A DNA stretch of 62,232 bases, filler included, from Basidiobolus ranarum (GCA_040143965.1; 24 parts of 24 records of this genome joined end to end with filler, not necessarily neighbours in it), one strand, 5' to 3'; shown: positions 49,641-62,118, counted from the first letter of the whole stretch. Notes: generated from the letters alone by a model not told the origin. Program-made: numbers and translations.

Positions 49641-50219
49641 TTTCTACCTGGATACTATGATTGTTGTGTACTACTCTTACCCAGACTATGAGGCCATAGC
49701 CCACTTTTAAATACAACTTGATACAAACAAGTGGTTGCACTAGATCCGAAAGATATCACAAGATTAAAGTTGAATCTATATCGCTTGATGTGAGGCGGTC
49801 TCGACCCTGATACATTCATCATGTCACCCGAATAGGAAATGAATTATGGGGAGGACTTTTAATACTTTCACAGCAACGTAAACTTGCCCTCAACTTCGAC
49901 ATTAATTCCAAGCGGCTTGGATGTTCAGCAAATAATTATGGATAAATATTTAATCAACAAAGTGGCTATTTCATTTACATAGCTTCAGTGAAACAGTGAA
50001 AAATTGATACTACCGAGATCTTGATAATCTAATCTCAGTATAAGCCGAAATTTACTGTGCACTCGCCAATTTGAAAGGCTAGAACCCTCCAGCGTTGTCA
50101 CAAACTCCCATGTGAGTAGACTTCTAAATCGCCTCCCCAAGTTCGTAAATATATAAAGCTCCATGAGGCTCAAAAAACCATATCTGAAACTATTATTCCA
50201 AAAGAGTACTTAGCCAACC

Positions 50220-51110
50220 ATGTCTTCATCAGTTGAATTAAAACGCCAGGCTTACGGTAAAGCTAAGGTTAGAGTCACTAAAGCTATCCGCCACACTGCC
50301 CAATGGAACGATATCGTTGAACTTACCTGCCAAGTACTTCTTGAAGGTGATTTTGAGAAGGCCTACACTGAGGCTGACAACAGTATGGTAGTCCCAACTG
50401 ACACAGTTAGAAACACTTGCTATGTCATTGCCAAGAAATCTGACCATGTTCAAACCATTGAACGTTACGGTTACGAACTCGGCAAACACTTTGTTGACAG
50501 ATACCCCCATGTTACTCACGCCAATGTCCACATCGTTCAATCTCGTTGGGCCAGAATCAATATCAATGGTGAACCTCACCCTCACTCTTTCTACCGTGAT
50601 GGAGCTGAGACCAGACAAACCTGGTTGACGGTCACTGCCAACAGTGTCAGCATCAAATCTGGTTTGGAAGGTCTACTGGTGTTGAAGACTACTGGCTCAT
50701 CTTTCACTAATTTCCATCACTGCGAGAACACTACCCTACAAGATGCTGATGACCGTATTTTCTCTACCACAGTCAAAGCCCACTACAACATTGACACTTC
50801 AATTGGTATTGAGAATATTCCATTTGATCGTATTTTTGATGGAGTTCGTAAGACCACCTTGGATGTATTTGCTCATGATGACTCTGCCTCAGTCCAAGCT
50901 ACTATGTACCGCATGGCTGAGTTGATCTTGAAGCGATTCCCTGAAGTCAAGGACGTTCACTATGCCCTACCCAACAGCCATCACTTCACCACTAACCTCG
51001 CACCATTCAAGCTTCCAAACTCTGGTCAAGAAATGACTATCTTCTCACCCGTCACAGATTTCTCTGGATACATTACTGCAACCATCGGTCGTCGTAACAG
51101 TCGCATTTAA
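50220..51110 (+). CDS. Uricase (urate oxidase) paralogue B, complete, 296 aa
   Basis: YGK, ADNS.VVPTDTVRNT, LLVLKTTGSSF, TTL..ADDRIFST, SASVQATMY, LPNSHHF; PTS1-like C-terminal SRI; TATAAA near 50152. Confidence 0.97.
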   Translation: MSSSVELKRQAYGKAKVRVTKAIRHTAQWNDIVELTCQVLLEGDFEKAYTEADNSMVVPTDTVRNTCYVIAKKSDHVQTIERYGYELGKHFVDRYPHVTHANVHIVQSRWARININGEPHPHSFYRDGAETRQTWLTVTANSVSIKSGLEGLLVLKTTGSSFTNFHHCENTTLQDADDRIFSTTVKAHYNIDTSIGIENIPFDRIFDGVRKTTLDVFAHDDSASVQATMYRMAELILKRFPEVKDVHYALPNSHHFTTNLAPFKLPNSGQEMTIFSPVTDFSGYITATIGRRNSRI

Positions 51111-51534
51111 TTATTACGCATACTTAACTGTTCGTAACACTCTTGTCATATACATCCCCGGAAAATACTGAATATTTTTTGAATAAATTATTTTCATTAT
51201 ATATTTAATCAAATACATTCTCCATTCACTAATTTATTGTCATCACTAATGTGAATTTAATTTTTAACTATTACAAAATTCCATGTCAAACGATTAGACG
51301 TATGTCAGATTACTCGAGATTTATCCTATTCAGGAACTCTGTAAATGGATTCGGATTATTGTTACCTACACTTTAAGCCCCTATATAGAATTTTGAAGGC
51401 TAGTATTAAAGAAATTAAATCGCGCACACGAAACTTGAAGCACTATGTATGTATAATTCTCAATTTTATTAATGCAATCATAACCGTATTAAAAAAACTC
51501 AGGTATATGACTAAGGTAGAATGCTAAGCGGGTA

Positions 51535-51881
51535 TTAACGACGAGCGATGGTAGCAGTGATATAGCCTGATGGGTCACTGACAGGTTGGAAGATATTCAT
51601 ATCTTTACCTTCATTGGAGAGGTTAAAGGGTTTGAGGTTAACACTGAAGTAGTGCTTGTTGGGGAGTGCATAGCTGATCTCACTAACATCTACGTGCTGA
51701 GCTAACACACTCTCTCCCATCTTATACATGGTGGCTTGCACTGAGGCTGAATCATCGGTAGCAAAGGTACCGAGGGTGATCTCACGAACACCAGAAGCAA
51801 TCTCATCAAATGGAATAGACTCAATCTTGGATTTGTCTAAGCTGTAGGTCCATTTAGCATCGACACTGGTGGAGAAGATAC
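51535..51881 (-). CDS. Uricase (urate oxidase) paralogue C, C-terminal part, 5'-partial
   Basis: RIFSTSVDAKW...DDSASVQATMYKMG...YALPNKHYF...PVSDPSGYITATIARR*. Confidence 0.95.
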
Positions 51882-52979
51882 NNNNNNNNNNNNNNNNNNN
51901 NNNNNNNNNNNNNNNNNNNNNNNNNTTAATTAATTAANNNNNNNNNNNNNNNNNNNNNNNNNNNNNNNNNNNNNNNNNNNNATCATAGACAGATAATAAA
52001 GATTCCTATAGCAACTCAACTACGCTTGACTATTGAACATTGCAGTACAGATTCTTCCATAATTATCTTAACTTTTACAGCCATGGAATATATCCAACTC
52101 TTAATTAAAGTCTTTGCCAATCTTAAAAAAACTATATCTTTTTCTTCAGACTTCAAGTTATGGAAACCATCAGAGTTTTATCTACCATTGCAGTATTGAG
52201 AATTCTGATTGTTCTATTATCAGAAATAATCTTTTCTTGTAAAAGTCTTCAAGCAACTGACATACTAAAGTGTGTCTTTACCCATTAAAGATAGAGTGGA
52301 GAATATATCTCCTGCTAATATTTTTAAGCTTCTAGTATGAAAAAATTCAGCTTTGCTGGAGATTTGTAGTGGGATTAAGCTTTATTACTGAATATTCAAG
52401 TTAACACCCCTATCCCACACTACAACATTTGATGTTAAATTGACTTTTTGTTGAACTGATATTGGTCAGCTTGATGCAATCTGACCAGGCTCTTGATGGT
52501 AAAATCATAGAGTTTAGTGTCAAATTTGGATAGCAGTAATGTGTATACCTGGTAGAGTGAACTCCATTAATTGGACAAAATGAACAGCAAGATTAAGTCA
52601 TTGCACCTACAACTAATATTTAACTAGGGCTTTACAATCTCTCCACTTGCACTATTGCTGGAACATCTGATGAATTGATTAATGCTTCATCATTACTTGA
52701 GTTAGTTTCTGGCATGTTAATGCCTTTCAAAGTGGCTAGTGGATTGCTAGACTGCTCATCAGTTAAGTCCTCTGTTCTGGCTGGTTTTTTTCCTATTGTG
52801 CCAGCAGGCTTTAGCATCAAAGTCAATTTGATTGGTATTTTGAAAGCTTTTTGAATGGCATTAAAATTTTCATACAGTAAACTTGGTGTGATGAAATTGC
52901 ATAGAAACAGCTTATAATAAACCTAATTGCCATCCATTACTGGAAATTTCTTGTAAATCCCCTTGTGACTTATCTGTGA

Positions 52980-54471
52980 CACTGTCTCAGAATCAGCTTA
53001 TGATATTGATTGGCTATACCTAAAATACCACCCTAACATAGGAGGTGTCTTTTTTCTACAAGATCCTTCTCATGTTGCAACACAAATGTTTAAAGAAGCC
53101 CTGCTACTACTGTCACAAATTCTTATGCTATGAGAGCCAGAGGTGTAATAGAGAAAGTAATCACAAGCATGGTCACTGTACAAAGCCACCAACTGCACAA
53201 GCCTGGTGTATAACAACAGTAATAAGTGAACTAAATCAACATTAGTTTTGCCCATTGAGTCAAATGACTGTACTTTGCCTCAACGTTTTGGTAACACTGC
53301 CAAAAGTCAAGATACTGTGGAGTTACCATGGGTGTATGACTAGGATGAAGTAGGTAGAAATGCAACTTTGGTTGAACCAGTAAATCCAGACAACTGCTAA
53401 GGACATGCTTCTAAATGTTGACCTTGGTTATTCACAGTTGATTGGCAACTATTGCTTCCCACAGACCAGGTACAAGTGGAAAACACTTGTCAATTGTATG
53501 ACTTATAATCCTTGAGTATTGAAACTACCTTCATGTCCAAATGGTTGTTTAGCTTTCACCAGTGATCTGAAATACCTGAAGTCATATACTGTTTGCACTC
53601 AGTTGGCAATTACTCAAACAGGTAAATATCATTTATATTTGGCTGACATACCATTGATTTCCCATCTTAAAGTTTTGATGAAATCACCCAAGTATAGATC
53701 ATTGATCCAATACCAAAGTAGTCACCATAAAGCTGATGTTATTACCAATATACCTGATGGATATCACTACCAGAATCTGAAAAGTCAAGCTTTCTTTGAG
53801 AACAGGTATGATCATCAGTGTGCATTGGCTCTGGATTGTTTTTCAACTAAATAAATATACTGTTGGAAAGAATTGCTGGCCAATAATTTTAATCAACTTA
53901 AATCTTCCTCCTTCTGAATGGTATAAGAGTCATAATATTTTGATACTATCTATCATATCTGAACTTAATCACCAGTGCTTATAGATAGCTTCTTGGAGCC
54001 TTTGATTGCAAAAATTAAACAGTTATCTAATGGGGTTGAGGTTGGTGAATATTTTATTAGAGCTAATATCATTGTCTGCATTTGGTGCCCTACTACCTAC
54101 CAAATTCTTCACACCATTACAAAGATCTGCAATTCCAGAGTCAGATATACTGGCAAAAAAGCTTAATTTCACCATGGAACCAGGTACACCAGTTGGAAGA
54201 GTGCTTAATTTGAAAGTTTAGCCAACAACTGGCACCTCTTAACAAGCCAAAGCACCAGCAAATATAACTCATGCTCTCCAACCTCAACTGGTACTTTTCA
54301 AAGTGTTGAAATTAGTCCCAAAGGTAAAGGCACGCAAAAAGCCGCATAAACACTGCAAAGCACCCTCAGTAGTGTCACACTACAAGGATGTACAAAAATA
54401 GTCAAAGAGCTTGAGGAGTATTTTCAAAAGTATGAAGGGAAAAACACAGTGCAAGTATGCAGAAAGTGGCT
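52980..54471 (+). mobile_element. Internally deleted CACTA-like transposase (52980-54082) fused to an ORF2 fragment (54083-54471); small inverted transposase piece near 52430-52600
   Basis: KPCYYCHKFLCYES, CPNGCLAF, CWPIILINLNLPPSE, DSFLEPL, then a switch to PTKFFTPLQRSAIPESDI. Confidence 0.85.
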
Positions 54472-54571
54472 NNNNNNNNNNNNNNNNNNNNNNNNNNNNN
54501 NNNNNNNNNNNNNNNTTAATTAATTAANNNNNNNNNNNNNNNNNNNNNNNNNNNNNNNNNNNNNNNNNNNN

Positions 54572-56340
54572 CACATGCTGCTCCTTGCTTATATTCTCAT
54601 ATGGGCTTTCAATCAATCCCACACCATACATCGGAGCATCACCATGACAATCTGGTAGAGCAGAATATGTGACAGACTATTCCGCCTATACAATGACCCA
54701 AAATTGGTTAGGCACATGAAAGAGAAATCTCGTTGGAAAACTGGCAAACCAAAAGACTCTGAATGTCAGAGCTGCCATCACTTGCTCTGATGATTAATGG
54801 TTTAGCATTTTGGAAACTGTGTGGAATCTTGCCCTCAATCATCTTGATTCAAGCCAATTGTGGAAAAAGCAATAACCAGGCATTACTCTGAAGGTTTTGA
54901 CTTATTTTATGCAGCTTATCCTGGGTTTTTGTAAGCAAATGGCAATTGTGCTTGTATATGCCTGTTCATGAAACATCTCCAAAAAGTATGCAATAATTGA
55001 ACTGGAAAAGAAAGAAAAACAGCTAAAAAAGTACTCAAGGAACAGAAAGTTAGTAAGCCCAAGGGAAAAGCAAAGGGGTCTGTGGGCTTAGGCTCTACTG
55101 TGCTACTTATCAAATTCTTAAAACCATTACAAAAATTTATATTACCAGAGTCAGACATACCTGCTGATATATTGGCAAAAAGGCTTATTCTTACCATATA
55201 ACTAGGTACACTAGTTGGAAGAGTGCTAAGTTCAGAAGCTTGTCCAACATCTGGCACCTTGCAACCAGCCAAAACACTGTTTAACAGAACTCATGGCTCT
55301 CCAACTTCAGCTGGTGCATTTCAAAGTGTCAGAATTGTGCTTCAGAAGTAGATACTGTCAGATCAATGGAGTTTACTCTACCAGGCATACACATAACTAC
55401 TATCCATATGCAATACTAAACTCCATGATTTTACCATCAAGAGCCAAGTCAAATTTCAACATGTTACAGATATCAATTCACCAAATTATTGGTCTGACAT
55501 CAAATTTGGGATTAGCCATAAGCCTAAAATTATATTGCTAAAGGGGATCAGCTGGAGCCAGAGCTTCACATTAGGCACTATGCACTTACTATTCAACAAT
55601 ATATCAATACTACATACTCAGCTGTACAGTGGAAAATTCAATCTGAATAAACCAATTGAGATAGTATCAAAGTTTGAATCATTGGGAAAATGCTTGACCA
55701 CATCAAGATACCATCATATTTTACCAGAACTCCCATCATTATCCACTCATCTAGGCATTTATACAAATACAAAGACTTGAAGTATTGGACTTGTATATAT
55801 TCAAGTTGAGTCTTGAAAAGATCTCTGCCTGATAAGTATTGGCAAAGTTGTCAGTTGTTTCTGGATATTGTTAATATATTCTTATGGTATCACCTCTCAT
55901 TGGCTGATCTCAGGCAGATACAGCTACTGCACAAAAATTTTGTAATTGGATATAACAAACTTTATTACAGGTTTAAAGAAGATAGACTGAATCTATGCCA
56001 GTATTCTGTACATTCCCTGCTGCATCTTACACAATGCTTAGAGATTATAAGCCCTTCTTATACATTCCAAAGGTGACAAATTGGGGTTTGAGTGGTAAAT
56101 GTGTAAAATTTGTGTTATGTTTCTCACACTTGTGATGTTACATAGTTTTCTGATAATGTACCTATTCATGCTTAGCAATTGTGTGAGATCTTTGTGTTTC
56201 CCTCCTGAAATTGAAAAAATTGGTTAAAATCAAATCTAACCAGATGATTTTATGATTGTAAGTAAATGATCAGCCAAGAATGTATCAAAATTTTGATGGT
56301 TTTGTTATAATAACAATGCCCAAATTTCTGTTAGTGTTTA
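54572..56340 (+). mobile_element. Mosaic of ORF2 (54572-55335), transposase core (55340-56070) and ORF2 3' flank
   Basis: Homology to the other copies; LGTMHLLFNNI, HSLLHLTQCLEII. Confidence 0.8.
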
Positions 56341-57269
56341 CTTAGCCATAAATATCTTGGCAGAAAATGCAAAATTTGTCAAATATATGTGATTTATCTA
56401 TGAATTAGTGATATTTACTGCATACTTCAAACTTGTCTATATTGCCCCAAAAATAGCTTGCTTTCCTTGTATAGTGGTTCTAAACACAACATCACTGTCA
56501 TTTCTATATAATTTGCTGCAATTTAGTAACACATTGTTTCTACTCAATAACTAACTAATCTTGCAGTTAAATTTGAACATCACCTTATAGAGTTTCTCCA
56601 TGTATCCCATGCAATGATGTAGTATTTTTAGATGCTACCTTTATAGTATTAATGCAGATTTGTTGCTCTTTAACTCTAATATATTATTATCCAGGTTCTA
56701 ATCTAAGATCTAATACAAATTCTTACATTCTTCACCAAGGGAATATCAATTTAATCTGCCATTGAGAGAAAATCTTTGCAAAGTATGTGTTGGATGGTCT
56801 TGATAATGTTGCTTTTGTTGAAGTTTATTGTCTTTATCATATGTATTATCTCTATCTTTATACACCTAACTATTTCATATATCACATATAAGTTAGTTAA
56901 CATCACTTAGTCAAATATCACTTAGCTGAAAATTGGAACATATATTATATATATATGTGAATAATGTGAGAATTAGCAATTCCATATTGGAAATTTCAAA
57001 CTCGTCCAAATTGCCCCAAAGATAGCTCATTTTACTCCCACAGATGTTCTGAACACAACNNNNNNNNNNNNNNNNNNNNNNNNNNNNNNNNNNNNNNNNN
57101 NNNTTAATTAATTAANNNNNNNNNNNNNNNNNNNNNNNNNNNNNNNNNNNNNNNNNNNNATTAGGGCAATAAACACACATTTTTGAATGGCAGAACTGAG
57201 TGCTAAATAATCACAATATGAATAAAGTAACTGCTGAATAAAGAGTTGCCATTGACCTAACTTCAACAA

Positions 57270-59646
57270 AACCAAAGACCATGCATTATGCAGAAGGTTC
57301 TTGACTTGTTCAATGTGGAATAATCTGGATTTTTGCAAGCCAAAGGCAATTAGGCTAGTATAGGCATATTCCATTGAATATCAACAAAATGTACATAATT
57401 ATCCACTTGGAGAGGAAAGAAAAACAGCTAAAGCTGTACCAAGAAACAAGAAGTGAATAAACCTAAGGGAAGAGTAAAGGAGCCAGAGGTTGTTGTTTGT
57501 GATGTCCCACCTGCCAATTTTCTCACACCATTTCTGAGACCAGCATTTTTTGAGTCAGACATACCAGCAGATACCATATGAAAAAAGCTTGATCTTACAA
57601 GGTAACCACTAACATCAGTTAATACAGTTCAAAAGAAGGGAGTTTCTCCAATGCCTGGTACTTCTATAATGAAGTTTACTTAGTTTGTTGATAAGTTAGT
57701 TATTGAAGTTAGTATCATTGTTTATCTCAGCTCATACACTTGATCAGCCTATCATTGAGATCTATTTATCTCTAACAAAGTAAAATTGATTTGTTCCAGT
57801 TTGAATCCACCCTTCTGGAGCACAAAACTGTCAGAGAACCATCACAATATGAGTAACTTATATTTTGTCAGATATCTTGACAGCAAGATGGCACCTTCCT
57901 AATGGTATTATAATAGGAATTGTACACGGTGAAATAATCTTCCTCATATTTGGCATATGTTATTTAATATCAAACAATTTTTGGAAAGAACCAATTTTTT
58001 TATGACAAATCACCATATTTACTGCTCTAGGAATTTAAACCAAGATTCATGCCTTTATTTAGAAATTCTGGGCTTTGTTTTCCAGCCATAATGTGAATCA
58101 AAAAATGCAAGAATCTTGTTGTGTTTAATCTCTTCAAATGTCCATACTTGACTGCTCTGGCATAACTCAATAACACAATATGCTTTACCAGCAAACTAAT
58201 GGTGGAGAAATTGCTAAACATCTGAAATTTTGCACAGTATGATGCTTGCCAAATAGCTGACTCTTGTTACCATTGATAATGAGAATCAGCTCTTGGATTT
58301 TGGCAAATTTCCACATTGAATTCAGCTAAAGTTTCATCACTTGCAGTCAACAAATATCCTGCTGTGGGTAGATATGTCATTGCTTGAATAGATTACCCCA
58401 TGGCTAAAGCAATGATAATTTGTAACTTAATCTTTCTCATCAAGAAGCCTGTCTTGCAGCTTTCCTGGAAACACCATCAGATTATCACCCATACAAAATA
58501 GGCTAAATTATGGTGGTACTTACTCTTTGTCCATGAACTGGGTTTGATGCTTTTATTATGCTCAACCAATGTCAAAACCCATGAGCACATTGCAAAAAGC
58601 CTTTTGTTGGAAGGTTAATAGAGTCTGGAGTCTCCTTAACCTACTGCACTACATCCAACACTGACTTCATCCATACATTGTCAATCCAATTAGCATACAG
58701 TCATATTGAAAATTTCACATGGAGCAGCATTTCATTACAGGCATACTCCATTGGGAACTCTCATAATGATTGGCAAGGGCTTGTAATCTCTAAGCATTGA
58801 GAAATATGCAGTAGTAAATGTATTGAAAACAGATAATGATTCAGTGTATCCTCTTGAAATCTATCATAGAGTATCTCATATTCAGTTACAAAATCATTGT
58901 ACTGATGTTGTATTTGCCTGTGATCTGCCAGTGTGAGTTGATGCCATAAGAATATATTAACAATATCCACAAACAAATCCCAATGTTGCAAATATTTATC
59001 AGGCTAAAATCTTTTCAAGATTCCATTTTAATATATGCAAATCCAATACTTTCAGTCTTTGCATTTAAATAAATACCCAAATGAGTGGATATCATTGGGA
59101 GTCCTGGTCAAATATGATGGTATCTTAATGTTTTCATTCATTTTCCCATTTGATTAAACTTTGAATCTATCTTGTATCTCTCACTCAGATTGAATTTTCG
59201 ACTATATAGCTGAGTAAGTAGTCCTTAACAGAAATTTGAGGATTGTTATTGTCAAAAACCTTCACTATTTTAATCCATTTGGGATTGACCATTTACTTAC
59301 CATCATAGAATTGTATTAATATGTGCTTGAATATTAAGAACATAATGCCTAATGGGAAGCTCTGGCTCCAGCTGATTTCCTATAGCAATATGAGCTTGGG
59401 CTTATGGTTAATCCCTAGTTTGATGTTAGACTGACTATTGATGAATTGATATCATTGAGCATATTGAAATCTGACAAAGCTCTTAACGTTAAAGTCATTA
59501 GGCTTAGTGCTGTATTTGGATAGTAGTAATGCATATGTGTGATAGAATAAACTCCATTGATCTGAAAGAATATATAGCAACATAGGGCATTTTGCCCACA
59601 AAAATCTGTATGTTTACTTATGGCAGGAGTGTCACCAATATATGCA
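57270..59646 (-). mobile_element. Older, more diverged CACTA-like transposase (57770-59646, minus) convergent with an ORF2 remnant (57270-57670, plus)
   Basis: Reverse-strand IGDTPA, GQNA, SFPLG, QHWDLFVDIVNIFLWHQLTLAD, EFPME remnants. Confidence 0.8.
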
Positions 59647-59747
59647 NNNNNNNNNNNNNNNNNNNNNNNNNNNNNNNNNNNNNNNNNNNNTTAATTAATT
59701 AANNNNNNNNNNNNNNNNNNNNNNNNNNNNNNNNNNNNNNNNNNNNT

Positions 59748-60062
59748 TACTACCGTACACCTCGTGCTCGGCACCCTCGTAGCACAAACGAATATGTATT
59801 CAGAAACATAGAGAAGATAGTACAATTCTCAGCTGTCAACTTCGTCTATTTGATTGCACTTCATCCGATCTTGTTGATTGCTGAAACGGATGCTGATACC
59901 AAGTACCTGAGTGAGAACGCCATCCAGAAGGCCAAGGAGCCAATGGAGCTGTTCCTTGTTGAAGGAGCATCGCATGTTGTTCTTCACGATATGCTGAAGT
60001 ATGTTAACTCGGTTGCGCAAAGACTTGACCAATACTTTACACAATACCTCGTCAATAATTAG
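59748..60062 (+). CDS. C-terminal part of a YcjY-like alpha/beta hydrolase, 5'-partial, possibly decaying
   Basis: YYRTPRARHPRSTN...HPILLIAETDADTKYLSENAIQKAKEPMELFLVEGASHVVLHD; catalytic His region present but DLYD changed to VLHD. Confidence 0.82.
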   Translation, partial: YYRTPRARHPRSTNEYVFRNIEKIVQFSAVNFVYLIALHPILLIAETDADTKYLSENAIQKAKEPMELFLVEGASHVVLHDMLKYVNSVAQRLDQYFTQYLVNN

Positions 60063-60549
60063 GTAGAATTTCAAGTATTTCTAAACAACTGAATAAACTT
60101 GCATTAATTCCACGAATACTCACCTTCGTGCCATGGAGCAATATTACTTCCACCACAAAGTATGAACAACTGAATTTTGATGATCATTTGGTACGAGCAT
60201 TGATTATCAAGCTCGTAAGATACAGAACTATGGACTATTAGAAAGGAAACAGACACAAACAGAAGCACATATTTACTGAAGGCGATGATACAAACCTAAT
60301 ATGCCAGCAATGAACTTACCCCGCTCTGGACACCTGCTGGTATTGAATGTATCTTACCGATCATCATGGGATCATCACCAGCCGAACTTGAACACTAAGA
60401 AGTGAACCAATCAAGGGAGCCATTTGATATTTTGATTAGGAAAATCATTACCCAAATTATGGGTATTGACTAAAGTGTGATATGCTCAATTCATGATTGG
60501 AGCACTGGTTAGAAAAGTTTACAAATTGCAAATCATGTGTATAAGAATC

Positions 60550-61270
60550 TCCAAGAACACTCTTTGATGTCTGTTATTGATGGAGATAACTACAAAGGAC
60601 TTCGAACCCAGCTCTATTACCCTCAATTCTCCGCACCTGCAAATCAAAATTCCTACATCTCAGCATTTACGTTTGGCGAAGTAATGGAAGCGTAAGGTGT
60701 TAATGAGGAGACAAGATCCAACTATCCTGACTACAAAGAAGGTGAGCGGTTGGTTGGGAGAACTACTCTGTCATTCCTAGAGGAAAAGACCTTCTCAAGA
60801 TTGAAGATACTGGTATACTGTCTTGGTATCTTGGGATTGTTCAAGGTTGGTAAGCCATAGAAAGGCGAGACCATCTTCATTTCTGCGCCATGATGGACAG
60901 ATTGCCAAGGTCAAGGGACTCTGAGTGGTGGATACAGCGGGAGATGACACAAAGGCGGAGTGCTTGCCCAACAAGCTGAAGTTTGATACAGTGCTCAACT
61001 ACAAGAATGGTATTGACGTGTACTTTGAGAATGTGGGTGGGAATATGTTGAATGTGGTGCTCAAGCATTGCAAAGAGCAGGGATCCCTCACCCATCTACA
61101 ATACGTCCATGGTCTTGACTAAGAGAAAGGATTCATTGCAATCGATCTTGCTCCAGAGTTCAAAGTGCAATTCAACAAGGATAAGAGAATCTACAAGGAA
61201 GACTGGAGTCGAGAATGTACCCGAGGCTTTCTTTCATATCTTGGTAAGCAGATTTTGAAACTGGCTGACC
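60550..61270 (+). pseudogene. NADP-dependent alkenal/enone reductase (PTGR1/CurA-like MDR family) pseudogene
   Basis: SYISAFTFGEVME, WENYSV, KP*KGETIFISA, GQIAKVKGL*VV..AG, NYK/NGIDVYFENVGG, GVENVPEAF; stops, frameshifts and deletions. Confidence 0.85.
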
Positions 61271-62062
61271 TTTAGGAGCAGTGTACTACAAAGATGTTGT
61301 TTGGATAGGAAGGCCCAAGGAGCATTACTAAAGTAAGCTTTCCACTTCTCAGGAACTAATGAGGATCAATACTAACCCTATTGTAGGTACAAGCCAATTG
61401 GCTTTAATACAAAGATAAGGAGGGCTACCAATATCCTCTACTAACTTTATCAGTAACACTATTCATGGTAAACAATGGCCAATTGAAGGCAATGATTACC
61501 CGAACCCAAGACTCAAAGTTATCGTCGGAGTATATGAGATATTACAGTAAATTGGTAAACATAGTTACTTGTATGGTCTAGGTAGAAGTGGAGGTACAGT
61601 AGAAGCCGAGGTAGCTGTGAAAATATACTATTGTTACAACCATATTGTTACCCTAATCGTTGCAACACCAAGATGTTTCAACCAATCATATCTGCCAAGA
61701 GTTGTGTTAAGTTCTATTGCTCATGCATAAGTAATTATATATATTCTTATAAAATGATAGTGATTAATTTGCTTTAAAATACTCATGCAAATACCACTAA
61801 CACCGTCAATAACACTGTCCTCACTAATTCAGCGCTTAGGGATCTCGCAGTAAAAAAAAATCCGTACAGTAAATTCCCAGCAAACATATCGTAGCTTCCC
61901 TAATGCGTTGGCTATGAGTGGATCATCAAGCGGTTAACAAATGGATGAATATGAATGGAATGTAGAGTGGATGAATATGAAACTAGTATGCAATGTTTCG
62001 TGGCTATGAGGTTAAAAATCTCAAACGGTTGTGTTCATCATTCATACAAAGCTATACCACAA

Positions 62063-62118
62063 CCAGCCATCTGAACCCAGCCATCTGAACCCAGCCATCT
62101 GAACCCAGCCATCTGAAC
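62063..62118. repeat. Perfect minisatellite (CCAGCCATCTGAAC)x4
   Basis: Four identical 14-bp units read directly from the sequence. Confidence 0.95.

Noticed and set aside
48659-51881. Apparent cluster of the hydrolase with the uricases (and any other cross-contig cluster)
   Set aside because: They are separated by a spacer at 49292-49391; contigs are ordered by length, not genomic position.
2509-59746. Regularly spaced identical TTAATTAATTAA palindrome every ~2.6 kb, resembling an array
   Set aside because: It is an artificial six-frame-stop linker between length-sorted contigs, not CRISPR or a biological repeat. ORFs containing X runs are artefacts of it.
62063-62118. 14-bp repeat as a possible telomere or CRISPR repeat
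   Set aside because: Only four units, internal to the contig and with no spacers; an ordinary minisatellite.
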